From: Desulfobulbaceae bacterium
Lineage (GTDB): Bacteria; Desulfobacterota; Desulfobulbia; Desulfobulbales; BM004
Assembly: GCA_002868955.1 (NCBI GenBank)
Contig: PKTW01000054.1
Location: 1 to 50,514 of the forward strand
Length of the DNA stretch: 50,514 nt
Direction of reading: 5' to 3'
Shown one piece after another: positions 1-11,347 of the stretch. Position numbers and translations under genes: made by a program. Within the stretch, counting starts at the first letter, position 1, and every line of letters starts with the position of its first letter. Below the pieces are notes generated by a model. That model searched no databases. It was not told the DNA's origin and saw nothing but the letters and a program-made list of their open reading frames with translations.

Positions 1-16
1 AAACCCTATTTGCCTT

Positions 17-1222
17 ATGCTTTTGTGCCTGCTTGGAGTCCTGCTGCTGACTGAAACGAGAGCAGCCTCCATTTGCGACACTGAGGAAACTGTGGTTTTT
101 TTCGGTAATGGTATAAAAACAGCAGAAAAAAAAGCTTACGACGCAAGGAATGTAATTAAACAACGGTTGAAAGAACAACTGCCGCCTGAAGAATTTGAGG
201 TCCTGGCATTCGATGTCGCATTCAATGGGACGCACGGCCTGCCCCTTGACCTGCTTGAATCCACCGTTCAGGTTCTGGCCGGCAATACAAGCAGGTTTTG
301 GCGTCTTTTCTGGGGGCTTGAAATCATGCCCGACTGGTTTGCTGACAAATTCATTCTCCTGGCAGGCGCGCTTGACAGGAGTGCTTTGGTGACCACAGAC
401 AGCTTGAAGGAACATGTCACCACCTATAAAACAAAGATCGCTGAAGGCAAGAAAGTGCTCCTTGTGGCACATTCGCAGGGAAGCCTGTTCGGAAACCAGG
501 CATACAGCCTGTTGAACTACCGCGAGCAGCAAAGCTTCGGCATGGTGTCAGTTGCCAACATCGACAACAGTGTCCTTGGTGCAGACGCCCCCTACACTTC
601 ACTGAATACCGACAAGGTCATATTGGCGCTTATTGCCGTCCAGATAGCGCTTCCTTCCAAACCCATGGCGCCAAATACCGAAAACCTGGCCGCTGAATCG
701 GCAGATTCCCTGGGCCACTCTTTTATCCAGTCCTACATGACAGAAGGCAGCAACAGTGAGGCCAGGATCACGCAACAGGTCATTGCAGCGCTGGACAGTC
801 TTGCCACACCGCAGCCGATTGTTGAATCAGGCGTCATTACCGTTTCTCTTACCTGGGGCTCTGCACCCGATGTTGATCTGCATGTTTATGAACCCAACGG
901 CATACAGGTATACTGGTACAATCTCCAGGGGTATTCAGGCACCCTTGACCGTGATGACCGGACCGGGCACGGCCCGGAACACTACAATGTACCCTCGTGT
1001 GATACGCTTGCGCGGGGAGTCTATCATGTTGCCCTGGATTACTACAAGGGAGACGCACCTGAAGTGGCAACAGTCCAGATCGAGGCCGGTTTACTTGTCC
1101 GGACATTTGAAATTCCCATGTCATCCGAATATTACGGCAGCCCCGATTCTCCCGAGTTAATCGCCAATATCTGGGTGAAAGGCGGCGAGAACGGCGGCTA
1201 CGATTTCGAAATCTACGAATAA
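17..1222 (+). CDS. Exported protein with alpha/beta-hydrolase-like N-terminal domain and YfaP/DUF2135-like C-terminal domain (true start may lie upstream of the window)
   Basis: Hydrophobic signal-like N-terminus; nucleophile-elbow motif VAHSQG; C-terminal 'ITVSLTW..DVDLHVYEP..GTLDRDD..GHGPEHY' resembles YfaP/DUF2135. The frame is open back to the window edge. Confidence 0.6.
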   Translation: MLLCLLGVLLLTETRAASICDTEETVVFFGNGIKTAEKKAYDARNVIKQRLKEQLPPEEFEVLAFDVAFNGTHGLPLDLLESTVQVLAGNTSRFWRLFWGLEIMPDWFADKFILLAGALDRSALVTTDSLKEHVTTYKTKIAEGKKVLLVAHSQGSLFGNQAYSLLNYREQQSFGMVSVANIDNSVLGADAPYTSLNTDKVILALIAVQIALPSKPMAPNTENLAAESADSLGHSFIQSYMTEGSNSEARITQQVIAALDSLATPQPIVESGVITVSLTWGSAPDVDLHVYEPNGIQVYWYNLQGYSGTLDRDDRTGHGPEHYNVPSCDTLARGVYHVALDYYKGDAPEVATVQIEAGLLVRTFEIPMSSEYYGSPDSPELIANIWVKGGENGGYDFEIYE

Positions 1223-1247
1223 TATTACGCCGACACACTCTAGTCCC

Positions 1248-1290
1248 AAAGCCTCTCAGTAGATGGTACATTGCTGGGAGGCTTTCTGTT
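1248..1290 (+). terminator. Probable rho-independent terminator
   Basis: AAAGCCTCTCAG...CTGGGAGGCTTT stem ending in TTTCTGTT, about 25 nt after the stop at 1222. Confidence 0.55.
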
Positions 1291-1487
1291 GCAGGGCAAC
1301 GACACACAATTTCGCTTTAATGACTGCAATAAAAATAGTATACACTATTATTATTGGACTCATCCAGAATCCTTAGTGCTGTACTTGCTCCCTACGTAGT
1401 TGATTTAGTTAATAAATATAATTTGTTATTCACGTAATAATACCGTGTCAGCATATTGACCGGCACAAGGCAAAAAGAGCGAAAACC

Positions 1488-2969
1488 ATGAACGAACAGC
1501 TGAGTTTTGTTATTGGCGCAGACAACAACATTCCTGTTGAGCAGTTGACTAAAATGAGTAACCGGCATGGCCTTATCGCCGGTGCAACGGGTACCGGCAA
1601 AACAATCACCCTGCAGATCCTGGCCGAGAGTTTTTCCCGGCTCGGGGTGCCTGTTTTCGCTGCCGATGTCAAAGGCGACCTTTCCGGAATTGCGGCTGCA
1701 GGCAAACCCCATCCGAAAATCGAGGAAAGACTCCAGAAAATCCCCCTGGGGGAATACGTCCAGCGGGCTTACCCCACCGTTTTCTGGGACATTTTCGGGC
1801 AAAAGGGCCACCCCATCCGCTCAACCATTTCAGAAATGGGACCGCTGCTGCTGTCAAACCTCCTTGACCTGAATGACACGCAATCCGGGCTGATGTACAG
1901 CTGTTTCAAGATTGCCGATGATGACGGGCTGCTGCTGCTGGATCTGAAGGATCTGCGGGCGCTGCTGGCATGGATGGGTAACAATGCCAACGAATTGCGC
2001 GGTGAGTACGGTAATATTACCGGGGCAAGCATCGGGGCCATACAGCGCAAGCTCCTGATACTGGAAGAACAGGGTGCGGAACATTTCTTCAGCGAACCGG
2101 CGGTTCAACTTTCCGACCTCATGCAGACGGATTTTTCCGGCAACGGCGTAATCAGCATTATGGATGTCTCGACCCTGGTCTCAGAATCCCCCCGGGTGTA
2201 TGCGACGTTTCTCCTGTGGCTGCTTTCAGAACTCTTCGAACAGCTGCCGGAGGTTGGCGACCCGGATAAACCCAAGCTCGTGTTCTTCTTTGACGAAGCA
2301 CACATTCTCTTTGACCAGGCGCCAAAACCGCTTATTGAAAAAATTGAACATGTTGTCCGGCTTATCCGCTCAAAAGGGGTGGGGATTTATTTTATTACGC
2401 AAAGCCCGCTTGATATACCCGAAGATGTCCTGGGGCAGCTCGGACTCAAGATCCAGCATGCCCTGCGGGCCTTTACCCCTAAAGACCGGCAGGTTATCAA
2501 AAGCGTGGCCCGTTCATTCCGCAGCAATGAACAGTTTGATTCCGAAACAGTTCTCACCGAACTTGGTATCGGTGAAGCCCTGGTTTCAACCCTTGATGCC
2601 AAGGGCAGCCCCAGGCCTGTCCAGCGAACCCTGGTCCGCCCGCCTGAATCCCGCATAGGCCCTCTTACAGATGATGAAAGAACAGAGCGCCTCAATAAGT
2701 CGCCGTTCCGGGGGCGCTACGATGCGGTTGTTGACCGTGAATCCGCTTACGAACTGCTGAAAAAACGCGCCAAGGAACTGCAGGTCCGGCAGGATGCCGA
2801 GATGCGCTTGAAAGCAGAACAAGAAGCACAGGCAAAACCAGCCAGGGGCAGGAAAAAACAGTCCATTGGCGACGCCTTTATGAAAAGCACGGCACGGTCC
2901 ATTGGCAGCTATGTCGGGCGCCAGATAATCCGGGGAGTCCTTGGGTCAATATTTGGCGGTAAACGTTAA
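1488..2969 (+). CDS. DUF853/YjgR family HerA-like P-loop ATPase
   Basis: NRHGLIAGATGTGKT Walker A; DVKGDLSG; FFFDEAH Walker B; RLIRSKGVG; QHALRAF; C-terminal 'GRQIIRGVLGS'. Confidence 0.9.
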   Translation: MNEQLSFVIGADNNIPVEQLTKMSNRHGLIAGATGTGKTITLQILAESFSRLGVPVFAADVKGDLSGIAAAGKPHPKIEERLQKIPLGEYVQRAYPTVFWDIFGQKGHPIRSTISEMGPLLLSNLLDLNDTQSGLMYSCFKIADDDGLLLLDLKDLRALLAWMGNNANELRGEYGNITGASIGAIQRKLLILEEQGAEHFFSEPAVQLSDLMQTDFSGNGVISIMDVSTLVSESPRVYATFLLWLLSELFEQLPEVGDPDKPKLVFFFDEAHILFDQAPKPLIEKIEHVVRLIRSKGVGIYFITQSPLDIPEDVLGQLGLKIQHALRAFTPKDRQVIKSVARSFRSNEQFDSETVLTELGIGEALVSTLDAKGSPRPVQRTLVRPPESRIGPLTDDERTERLNKSPFRGRYDAVVDRESAYELLKKRAKELQVRQDAEMRLKAEQEAQAKPARGRKKQSIGDAFMKSTARSIGSYVGRQIIRGVLGSIFGGKR

Positions 2970-2992
2970 TGCAATCCTCCAGGAAAACAGCC

Positions 2993-3907
2993 ATGAACCC
3001 TTTTCAAAAAATGACATGTATTTTGCGCAGATCTCTGCATTTCCTTATCTTTTCCCGCTATTTGGTGCTGTATACAACCCTGGGACTGTCTGCCTTCTTT
3101 ATGCTGACAGGCTGCGCACAGGAACCCGGCGGCCCGCTCTTCAAGGTGTCGGACGCGTCATACAAATCTATTACTGATGCAGTGTTTGAGACTATCAGTT
3201 CCCAGGTATTTTTCGTCGGTGAGCACCACGACAATCCCCACCACCACGTAAACCAGCTGGAGTTGATACGGGAAATACATGAGAAGGGAGAAAAACCCCT
3301 GGCCATCGGGCTGGAAATGTTTGAAACCGGATACCAGGCGCACCTCGACCAATGGGTTGCCGGCAAGCTGGCTGTAGAAGAATTTGTGAAGATCTATTAT
3401 GAAAACTGGGACCAGGCATGGATATTGTACCGTGATATCTTTCTCTATGCCCGGGAGCATCAGATCCCTCTCCTCGGCTTGAATGTTCCCCGGAAAGTGG
3501 TGCGAAAGGTGGCACAAAAGGGATTTGGCTCCCTGACACCTGCCGATATGCAGGAACTTCCGCAGGGTGTTACCTGTGATGTTACCCCGCCATATGAAAA
3601 CTTCATCAAGCGTGTCTTCGGATGGCATGGCAAAAAAAATGGCTCATTCACCAACTTCTGTGAAGCGCAGGTCCTGTGGGATACCGGCATGGCCATAAAT
3701 CTTTTGAAATTCCATGATCAGAATCCCGGCACAAAATTAGTGGTCCTGGCCGGGGACGGACATGCCTGGAAACCGGGCATTCCCCGACAGATATCACTGC
3801 GCAAAGATCTACCCATGGTAGTTTTTCTTCCCGAGACGGCAAAACTGCATCGCAAAAATGTTGCGCAGACGGATACTGACTATCTCTGGCTGCTAACGTT
3901 TATGTAA
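2993..3907 (+). CDS. ChaN family (haem-uptake/Tiki superfamily) lipoprotein; alternative start at 2969
   Basis: Lipobox LTGC; VGEHHDNPHHH; IGLEMF; AQVLWD; AGDGH. Confidence 0.8.
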   Translation: MNPFQKMTCILRRSLHFLIFSRYLVLYTTLGLSAFFMLTGCAQEPGGPLFKVSDASYKSITDAVFETISSQVFFVGEHHDNPHHHVNQLELIREIHEKGEKPLAIGLEMFETGYQAHLDQWVAGKLAVEEFVKIYYENWDQAWILYRDIFLYAREHQIPLLGLNVPRKVVRKVAQKGFGSLTPADMQELPQGVTCDVTPPYENFIKRVFGWHGKKNGSFTNFCEAQVLWDTGMAINLLKFHDQNPGTKLVVLAGDGHAWKPGIPRQISLRKDLPMVVFLPETAKLHRKNVAQTDTDYLWLLTFM

Positions 3908-3957
3908 TGTCCTGAAGCGCAGAATGGCCATGAGGCAGGTTGCATGGCCGCAAATCA

Positions 3958-5652
3958 TTATGCTTTTTTCTGGATTTTCGCCCAGGCATCCCGCAGGGTG
4001 ACGCTCCTGTTGAACACGAGCCTGCCCTCTGTGCAGTCATGCCTGTCAGCACAAAAATATCCCAGCCGTTCAAACTGATAAATGCTTTCCGGTTGTGCAT
4101 CTGCAAGGTTGGGTTCAAGTTGGCAGCCGCTGAGTATCTCAAGGGATTCCGAGTTGATATATGTCGTGAAGTCTTCACCCTCTTCCGCCGCGGCAGGGTT
4201 TTCCCTCGTAAAAAGATGGCTGTAGAGCCTCACCTCTGCTGGTAATGAATGCTGGGCGGAAACCCAGTGGAGCGTGGCCTTAACCTTGCGGCCGTCAGGA
4301 GCATTGCCGCCCCGGGTTGCAGGATCATAGGTGCATCGGAGCTCCAGGATCTCCCCTGTCACGTCATCTTTTTTTATACCGGTGCACGTAATAAAATATC
4401 CGTAGCGTAAACGCACCTCCCGGCCGGGAGCAAGACGAAAGAACTTCTTGAACGGCTCTTCCATAAAATCATCCTGCTCAATATAAAGCTCCCGCGCAAA
4501 GGGTACTTTGCGGCTGCCGGCAGCAGGATCCTCAGGATTATTGACCGCGTCGAGCTCTTCCACCTGCCCTTCCGGGTAGTTTTCCAGCACAACTTTAAGT
4601 GGTTTCAAGACAGCCATGACCCGTGGCGCCCTTTTATTGAGATCTTCCCGCAAACAGTGCTCGAGCAGTGCCATATCCACCGTACTGTCTTTCTTTGCCA
4701 CACCGATCCGCTCACAGAAATCACGGATCGCTTCCGGTGTAAAACCGCGGCGGCGCAAGCCGGATATGGTCGGCAGCCTGGGATCATCCCAGTCCTGGAC
4801 ATGCCCTTCTGACACCAGGCGCACCAGTTTGCGCTTGCTCATAATGGTGTAGGTGAGATTAAGGCGGGCAAACTCAATCTGCTGTGGATGGCAGGCAAGT
4901 TCCAGTTCATCAATAAACCAGTCATACAGCGGCCGGTGGTCCTCGAATTCCAGCGTGCAGATTGAATGGGTGATTCCTTCAATGGAGTCGGACTGGCCAT
5001 GGGCAAAATCATACATGGGATAAATGCACCAGGCGTCTCCCGTTCTGTGGTGGCTGGCATGCAGGATACGGTACATTACCGGATCACGCATATTGAGGTT
5101 CCCGGATGCCATGTTAATTTTTGCCCGCAGAACATGGGTTCCATCGGTAAACTCTCCTGCCTTCATGCGTGCAAAAAGATCGAGGTTTTCCGCCACGCTT
5201 CTCTGGCGATAAGGGCTTTCGCGGCCGGCCTGGGTCAGGGTGCCCCTGTACTCCCTGATCTCTTCAGCGCTTAAGCTGTCGACATAGGCCCTGCCTTTCT
5301 TGATCAGGAATAGGGCAAATTCATAGAACTTTTCAAAATAATCCGAGGCAAAGTAAAGCCGCTCCTGCCAGTCAAACCCGAGCCAGCGCACATCCTCCTT
5401 GATCGAATCGATGTATTGCTGTTCTTCTTTTGTTGGATTGGTGTCATCAAAACGCAGGTTGCATACCCCGTTAAAGTCCTGTGCCAGTCCAAAATTAAGG
5501 CAGATGGACTTGGCATGGCCGATATGCAGATAACCGTTGGGTTCCGGCGGGAAACGGGTCATGACCCTGCCGTCATTCTTATTGGCCCTGATATCTGCGG
5601 AAACGATGGCTGCAATAAAATTGGCCGCCGGTCCTTTCTCTTGTGCCTTCAT
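3958..5652 (-). CDS. glnS: Glutamine--tRNA ligase
   Basis: [15 protein letters not shown]; LRFDDTNP; HSICTLEF; MSKRKL; QFERLGYF. Start placed at MKAQEK because the longer ORF overlaps ribD. Confidence 0.97.
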   Translation of the reverse strand: MKAQEKGPAANFIAAIVSADIRANKNDGRVMTRFPPEPNGYLHIGHAKSICLNFGLAQDFNGVCNLRFDDTNPTKEEQQYIDSIKEDVRWLGFDWQERLYFASDYFEKFYEFALFLIKKGRAYVDSLSAEEIREYRGTLTQAGRESPYRQRSVAENLDLFARMKAGEFTDGTHVLRAKINMASGNLNMRDPVMYRILHASHHRTGDAWCIYPMYDFAHGQSDSIEGITHSICTLEFEDHRPLYDWFIDELELACHPQQIEFARLNLTYTIMSKRKLVRLVSEGHVQDWDDPRLPTISGLRRRGFTPEAIRDFCERIGVAKKDSTVDMALLEHCLREDLNKRAPRVMAVLKPLKVVLENYPEGQVEELDAVNNPEDPAAGSRKVPFARELYIEQDDFMEEPFKKFFRLAPGREVRLRYGYFITCTGIKKDDVTGEILELRCTYDPATRGGNAPDGRKVKATLHWVSAQHSLPAEVRLYSHLFTRENPAAAEEGEDFTTYINSESLEILSGCQLEPNLADAQPESIYQFERLGYFCADRHDCTEGRLVFNRSVTLRDAWAKIQKKA

Positions 5653-5665
5653 GGGTAATTTACTC

Positions 5666-6778
5666 TTATATGGTATTGAAAAACCTGCCTTCAAGGAGAA
5701 CATCTTCCCCGTAACGGCGGGTTTTGATTAATTTGAACTGCGGCAGGCGGTTCGCCTTTTTTTTGGCGGAAAACGTTGCCAGGGGCACTCCCTGCCCGCC
5801 TATAAATGTCGGCGCTACAAACAATAAGAGCTGATCCACCAGGCCGGACTCCAGGAAAGAGCCGTGCACCCTGCTCCCGCCTTCAACAAGAAGACTGGTT
5901 ATCCCGGCTTGTCCAAGAACTGCCAACAGCGCCTTGAGGTCAAGTTCACCCCTGCATGCTAGAGGGACTGTTTTAATAACCGCGCCTGCAGCTGCAAGTC
6001 TGCTGCGTCTTTTCCTGTCAGCCCCCCTGGTGCAGAAAATCCATGTCTGGGCCGCTGAGTCCTGCTGCAGCATTGTAGCCGCTGCCGGCAAACGCAACTC
6101 TGCATCAAGAACCACCCGCAGCGGATCCCGTCCCCCTGCAGATCCATGCAAACGGGCAGCCAGGGAGGGATCATCCGTTAAAGCTGTGTTTATCCCCACC
6201 AGTATCGCATCAACCTGATTGCGCAGGACATGAACGCGGCGCCACGATTGCTTGCCGGTTATTCTGGTAGACTGCCCCGGAAGTGCTGCAATCCTGCCGT
6301 CAATACTCATGCCGGCCTTCATTATCACCCAGGGATTGCCTGTGGTTGAATGCTTGATGAACGGCAGGTTTATTTCACGACACTCCATCTCCAGGATCCC
6401 GGAGGAAACCGTCAGTCCCTGCGATGAAAGGTAACGGGCGCCGCCGCCGGCAACCCCCGGGTTGGGGTCAAGCATGCCGATTACCACCCGGGAAATTCCG
6501 GCCCGCAAGACCGCCTCGACGCAGGGAGGGGTGCGGCCCGTATGGTTACAGGGTTCGAGGGTTACATACAGGGTTGCATCTTTTGCTTTTCTGCCGGCAG
6601 CCTGCAGGGCATGAATTTCTGCATGGGGGGTCCCGGCTTTTTTATGATAGCCTCTGCCCGCCACCTTATTGTTCTTGACTACAACTGCCCCGACGCAGGG
6701 GTTGGGTGAGGTTCTGCCCATTCCCTTTTTTGCCTCCTGCAGGGCCAGACGCATGTAATTGCTGTCAATATCAATCAC
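5666..6778 (-). CDS. ribD: Riboflavin biosynthesis deaminase/reductase RibD
   Basis: TSPNPCVG; PHAE; [14 protein letters not shown]; LLVEGG. Confidence 0.96.
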   Translation of the reverse strand: MIDIDSNYMRLALQEAKKGMGRTSPNPCVGAVVVKNNKVAGRGYHKKAGTPHAEIHALQAAGRKAKDATLYVTLEPCNHTGRTPPCVEAVLRAGISRVVIGMLDPNPGVAGGGARYLSSQGLTVSSGILEMECREINLPFIKHSTTGNPWVIMKAGMSIDGRIAALPGQSTRITGKQSWRRVHVLRNQVDAILVGINTALTDDPSLAARLHGSAGGRDPLRVVLDAELRLPAAATMLQQDSAAQTWIFCTRGADRKRRSRLAAAGAVIKTVPLACRGELDLKALLAVLGQAGITSLLVEGGSRVHGSFLESGLVDQLLLFVAPTFIGGQGVPLATFSAKKKANRLPQFKLIKTRRYGEDVLLEGRFFNTI

Positions 6779-6779
6779 G

Positions 6780-7241
6780 CTATTCCTTCCTGGTATCCAG
6801 CAGCCCTTTCAGTTCATCCATGAACTCATTAATATCCTTGAACTGCCTGTACACGGATGCAAACCTGACATACGCAACCTCGTCAAGCTTTGCCAGACCC
6901 TCCATCATTTTTTCCCCGATCCACTGGGTCGGCACTTCGCGTTCCCCCATATCCTGGAGTTCTCTTTCCAGAGAATCCACAAATTCATCAATATTCTCCA
7001 TGCTTACCGGCCTTTTCTCACAGGCTTTTTTCAAGCCCGCGACAACCTTGTAACGGTCATAGGCTTCCCGCCGCCCGTCTTTCTTGATGAGCATGGGCAT
7101 CATGACCTCCAGCCGTTCATAGGTGGTAAACCGCTGTTCACATGATTCACAGGACCTGCGCCGGCGGATAATGGTATTTTCCTTGTTCAGCCTGGAATCA
7201 ACCACCTTGTTTTCAAGATGACCGCAATATGGACATTTCAT
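6780..7241 (-). CDS. nrdR: Transcriptional repressor NrdR
   Basis: MKCPYC..VVDSR..IRRRRSC..C..RFTTYE zinc ribbon; ATP cone; [10 protein letters not shown]. Confidence 0.97.
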   Translation of the reverse strand: MKCPYCGHLENKVVDSRLNKENTIIRRRRSCESCEQRFTTYERLEVMMPMLIKKDGRREAYDRYKVVAGLKKACEKRPVSMENIDEFVDSLERELQDMGEREVPTQWIGEKMMEGLAKLDEVAYVRFASVYRQFKDINEFMDELKGLLDTRKE

Positions 7242-7335
7242 GATGTTTTTCCCTTGTGTGTTCCTGCTCGGTTTGCCTGATTATAATAACGAAAGGCAAC
7301 TTTTGGGCTATGCCAGCCTGATCTGCTGTATCGGT

Positions 7336-7788
7336 TCAACCAAATTTTTTCGGGACAATACCTGCTTCAGCAAGCATATCAGAGGCAAGAGAATCGGAAT
7401 AGCCTTCCTTGTAATAAATATCAACGATGCCGGCATTTATAAGCATCTTGGTACAGATCGAGCAGGGCATGTTGGTGCAGTAGAGGGTTGCCCCCTGAAT
7501 ATTGACGCCGTGGATGGCCGCCTGGATAATGGCATTTTGTTCGGCATGCAGCCCGCGGCACAACTCGTGGCGTTCGCCGGAAGGGATACCCATCTGCTCA
7601 CGCAGGCAGCCCACATCCAGGCAATGATTTATCCTGGCTGGAGCCCCGTTGTACCCGGTGGTCATTATCCGTTTGTCCCTGACGAGAATAGCACCCACTT
7701 GCCGCCGCAAACAGGTGGAACGCTGGGCCACAAGCTCTGTTATGCCCATAAAGTATTCATCCCAGGAAGGGCGTGTCACTTTTTTCAT
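7336..7788 (-). CDS. Deoxycytidylate deaminase family protein (ComEB-like)
   Basis: RPSWDEYFM; [11 protein letters not shown]; TGYNG; HAEQNA; PCSIC. Confidence 0.92.
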   Translation of the reverse strand: MKKVTRPSWDEYFMGITELVAQRSTCLRRQVGAILVRDKRIMTTGYNGAPARINHCLDVGCLREQMGIPSGERHELCRGLHAEQNAIIQAAIHGVNIQGATLYCTNMPCSICTKMLINAGIVDIYYKEGYSDSLASDMLAEAGIVPKKFG

Positions 7789-7871
7789 TGTTTTGTATAA
7801 CGTATTTATGTTTGGCTGCAGTAAGGCGACAGGAAACTGCCAATTGCTTTACTCTGCCTGTATAAAACAGG

Positions 7872-9128
7872 CTATACGTCGTCAGCGTAGAGATGAGGAT
7901 AGAGCGGGAACCTTTCACACAGTTCCCTCACCTCGGAGCGGATCTTTTTTATTTCCTGCGCATCCCTGCGGTTCAATATCGCCCTGTTCATCCACTCAGC
8001 GATCTGTTCCATGTCACGTTCGATCAGACCGCGGCTGGTTACTGCCGGGGTCCCTATCCTGATGCCACCTGTGACGAAACGGCTTTGCGTATCAAATGGA
8101 AAGGCATTCTTATTGACTGTCAGTCCCGCGGACTCCAGGGTCTCTTCAGCATCTTTGCCGGTTATATCCTTGTTGGTCAGGTCCACGAGCAGCAAGTGGT
8201 TATCAGAACCGCCGGACACCAGCTTGAAACCATGACGGACCAAGGCTTCTCCCAGGGCCCGGGAATTTTTTACCACCTGTTGCTGATAAAGCACAAATTC
8301 CCGGGACATTGCCTCCTTGAAGCTCACTGCCTTGGCGGCAATGACATGCATCAGGGGGCCGCCCTGGATCCCGGGGAATATCTTGGAGTTCAAGCTTTTG
8401 CCATACTCCTCTTTCGCCAGGATCAGTCCTCCTCTGGGGCCGCGCATAGTTTTGTGTGTTGTGGTTGTAACATAATCTGCATAGGGCACCGGCGAGGGAT
8501 GCACCCCTGCTGCTACCAGGCCGGCGATATGAGCCATATCCACCATGAAAAGCGCGTCAATCTGATCGGCGATTAGCCTGAAGGCCTCAAAATCAATAAG
8601 TCGGGGATAGGCACTGGCACCTGCCACAATCATTCTAGGCCTGTGTTCATGGGCTACACGCTCAACTTCCTCCATGTTGATCGTACCCGTTTTCTTTTCA
8701 ACACCGTATGAGATAAAGTTGAAGAGCTGGCCTGAAAAGTTGACAGGGCTGCCATGGGTAAGGTGCCCGCCATGGGCCAGGTCCATGCCCAGAACCTTAT
8801 CACCGGGATTCAATGCCGCAAAATAGACAGCCATGTTCGCCTGGCTGCCGGAATGAGCCTGAACATTTGCGTATTCGGCCTGAAACAGTTCCTTGGCCCT
8901 GTCAATGGCCAGGTTTTCGACAGCGTCTGCATAATCACAGCCGCCATAATAGCGTTTACTGGGGTAGCCTTCGGCATACTTGTTGGTGAAAATTGAGCCC
9001 TGGGCTTCAAGTACTGCTTCGCTGACGATATTTTCCGAGGCAATGAGTTCGAGATAGTAGCGCTGGCGCTCCAATTCGTTCTTTATGGTGTTGTAGACTT
9101 CGGGATCTTGGTTTTTCAGAGTTGACAT
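7872..9128 (-). CDS. glyA: Serine hydroxymethyltransferase
   Basis: LIASEN; NKYAEGYP; GGHLTHG; [14 protein letters not shown] (PLP lysine). Confidence 0.98.
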   Translation of the reverse strand: MSTLKNQDPEVYNTIKNELERQRYYLELIASENIVSEAVLEAQGSIFTNKYAEGYPSKRYYGGCDYADAVENLAIDRAKELFQAEYANVQAHSGSQANMAVYFAALNPGDKVLGMDLAHGGHLTHGSPVNFSGQLFNFISYGVEKKTGTINMEEVERVAHEHRPRMIVAGASAYPRLIDFEAFRLIADQIDALFMVDMAHIAGLVAAGVHPSPVPYADYVTTTTHKTMRGPRGGLILAKEEYGKSLNSKIFPGIQGGPLMHVIAAKAVSFKEAMSREFVLYQQQVVKNSRALGEALVRHGFKLVSGGSDNHLLLVDLTNKDITGKDAEETLESAGLTVNKNAFPFDTQSRFVTGGIRIGTPAVTSRGLIERDMEQIAEWMNRAILNRRDAQEIKKIRSEVRELCERFPLYPHLYADDV

Positions 9129-9180
9129 TGTTGCTATGGACTCAGATTATTGTAAGTAATTGTAATGGGCTCGCCTATCC

Positions 9181-9603
9181 TTAAAACATATCAATCCGCC
9201 GCTGATGCCTGCCGCCGGCAAATTCAGAGGTCATCCAGGTCCGCACTATTTCCGCTGCCAGCCCCGGGCCGATTACCCTTGCCCCCAGACAGAGAATATT
9301 TGCATCATTGTGCTCCCGGCTCATCTTGGCGGAAAACATCTCATTGCAGAGGGCTGCCCTGATTCCGTGTATACGATTTGCAGCCATGGACATGCCGATG
9401 CCTGTCCCGCAAATAAGGATACCGCACTCGCATCCCCCTTCCTTTACCAGAGTACTCACAGATCTGGCAAAATTCGGATAGTCAACGGAATCAGTCGAGT
9501 TGCACCCCTGGTCGTCAACTGCGTGCCCCAGTTCGGTGAGCACCGCGACCACGGTTTTTTTCAAGTCGATCCCACCATGATCACAACCAATGGCTACCTT
9601 CAC
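9181..9603 (-). CDS. rpiB: Ribose-5-phosphate isomerase B
   Basis: GCDHGG; DYP; ICGTGIGMS; SREHNDAN; GGRHQRR; GTG start with GAGG RBS. Confidence 0.96.
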   Translation of the reverse strand: MKVAIGCDHGGIDLKKTVVAVLTELGHAVDDQGCNSTDSVDYPNFARSVSTLVKEGGCECGILICGTGIGMSMAANRIHGIRAALCNEMFSAKMSREHNDANILCLGARVIGPGLAAEIVRTWMTSEFAGGRHQRRIDMF

Positions 9604-9630
9604 GTTGTCACCTCAACAATAAAACAGGCG

Positions 9631-10872
9631 TTATTCTTCAAATTTCTTCATGACGAGGACTGCATTCGTGCCGCCAAAACCGAATGAATTAGAAAGAGCA
9701 GCCCTGATAAGGGTCTCTCTTGCCGTGTTAGGCACATAATCCAGATCACATTCCGGCTCAGGGTTTTCCAGGTTTATTGTCGGAGGAATAATCTGGTCCT
9801 TGATGGAGAGGGCCAAAAATACCGACTCAATTCCCCCGGCCCCACCAAGCATGTGACCGGTCATGGATTTTGTGGAACTGACGGCCAGTTTATATGCATG
9901 CCCGCCAAAGACGGTTTTTATTGCCCGGGTTTCCACCACATCGTTTAACGGAGTCGAGGTACCATGGGCGTTGATATAGTCAATATCCTCCGGAGTGCAC
10001 CCCGCGTCATCCAGGGCCATGCGCATGCACCGTACCGCACCGTCACCATCCTCCGGCGGCGCCGCCATGTGATACCCGTCCCCGGAAAGACCGAAGCCTA
10101 CGATCTCGGCAAGTATCCGAGCTCCGCGCCGTTGCGCGTGTTCAAGCTCTTCCAGGATCAGCATGCCGCCACCCTCGGAGATGATAAAACCGTCCCTGTC
10201 TCTGTCAAACGGCCTGCATGCCTTTTCCGGGTTTTCATTTTGCCTGGAAAGGGCTTTCATGGCGTTAAAACCGCCAACAGCAAGCGGACAGACCGTTGAT
10301 TCACTGCCGCCGGTAATGGCAGCGTCACAATCACCGCGGCTTATTGAACGGAAGGCTTCGCCCACCGCATGGGTTCCGGCAGCACAGGCTGTAGTCACCG
10401 AAAGATTTGGGCCCTTGGCGCCATACACGATGGAAATCTGGCCTGCACTCATGTTTGATATGACCATGGGAATGAAAAAAGGGGTGATCTTGCGGGGCCC
10501 CCTTTCCAGGGAGATCTTGTGGTACTTTTCAATGGTCTGCAGACCGCCGATACCATTCCCGGTAAAAACACCAACACGATTCGCATTGGCAGCATCAATG
10601 GTCAAAGCGGCTTCGTGCAGGGCCATGCCTGCCGTTGCCACCGCGTACTGCACAAAAAGATCAAGATGCCGCGCCAGTTTGGGCTCGATAAAATCTTCCG
10701 CGTTAAAATCCTTGACCTCAGCTGCAATTTTGACGCTGTAATCAGTGGTGTCAAAGCGTGTAATAAGGCCAATCCCGCTTTTTCCTGCACACAAATTGTG
10801 CCAGGTCTTTTCAGTTCCGGTGCCCAACGGGGTGACCAGACCGGTGCCTGTCACTACTACCCTGCGTTTCAT
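9631..10872 (-). CDS. fabF: 3-oxoacyl-ACP synthase II
   Basis: RRVVVTG; TACAAG (catalytic Cys); NAHGTST; GHMLGGAG; SNSFGFGG. Confidence 0.97.
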   Translation of the reverse strand: MKRRVVVTGTGLVTPLGTGTEKTWHNLCAGKSGIGLITRFDTTDYSVKIAAEVKDFNAEDFIEPKLARHLDLFVQYAVATAGMALHEAALTIDAANANRVGVFTGNGIGGLQTIEKYHKISLERGPRKITPFFIPMVISNMSAGQISIVYGAKGPNLSVTTACAAGTHAVGEAFRSISRGDCDAAITGGSESTVCPLAVGGFNAMKALSRQNENPEKACRPFDRDRDGFIISEGGGMLILEELEHAQRRGARILAEIVGFGLSGDGYHMAAPPEDGDGAVRCMRMALDDAGCTPEDIDYINAHGTSTPLNDVVETRAIKTVFGGHAYKLAVSSTKSMTGHMLGGAGGIESVFLALSIKDQIIPPTINLENPEPECDLDYVPNTARETLIRAALSNSFGFGGTNAVLVMKKFEE

Positions 10873-10999
10873 TCGTTTTCACCCATCAGAATTATATCCT
10901 GTATTCTGCCTTGGCCGGAAACGCCGTAAAAAAAAGCGGCTGACCATAAAATGTTATACCTTCGAGGCTAAGTCTTCAGGCCGCATACAGAGAGGGATC

Positions 11000-11230
11000 T
11001 TATGAAACTTTACTTACGTGATCTATGGCATGCTGGACCGTGGTGATTTTCTCGGCCACTTCATCAGGAATTTCAATACCGAAAGCTTCTTCCATTGCCA
11101 TGATAAGTTCAACAAGGTCCAGGGAATCTGCGCCAAGATCATCAACAAAAGAAGCGCCCGGCACCACCTTGTCCTTATCAACACTCAACTGCTCAACAAT
11201 GATATCAATCACTTTTTCTTCTGCCGACAT
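11000..11230 (-). CDS. acpP: Acyl carrier protein
   Basis: [12 protein letters not shown] phosphopantetheinylation motif; AAGGAG RBS before the ATG at 11230. Confidence 0.97.
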   Translation of the reverse strand: MSAEEKVIDIIVEQLSVDKDKVVPGASFVDDLGADSLDLVELIMAMEEAFGIEIPDEVAEKITTVQHAIDHVSKVS

Positions 11231-11347
11231 GTTCAAATCTCCTTAAGTAGTTGTTGTCTCATTAGTGATTATATATAAAGCATATCTGCTCAAATCAACA
11301 AATAAAACTTAGTATAATTTTTGTAAAGGATTGCGACGCGCACAATC

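Noticed and set aside
1488-2969. HerA-type anti-phage system
   Set aside because: The motifs fit the widespread DUF853/YjgR family, and no NurA, SIR2 or nuclease partner is adjacent.
10928-10984. Terminator or attenuator between acpP and fabF
   Set aside because: A T-run and outer stem exist on the minus strand, but the roughly 32-nt interior pairs poorly, so the call is not supportable without folding.
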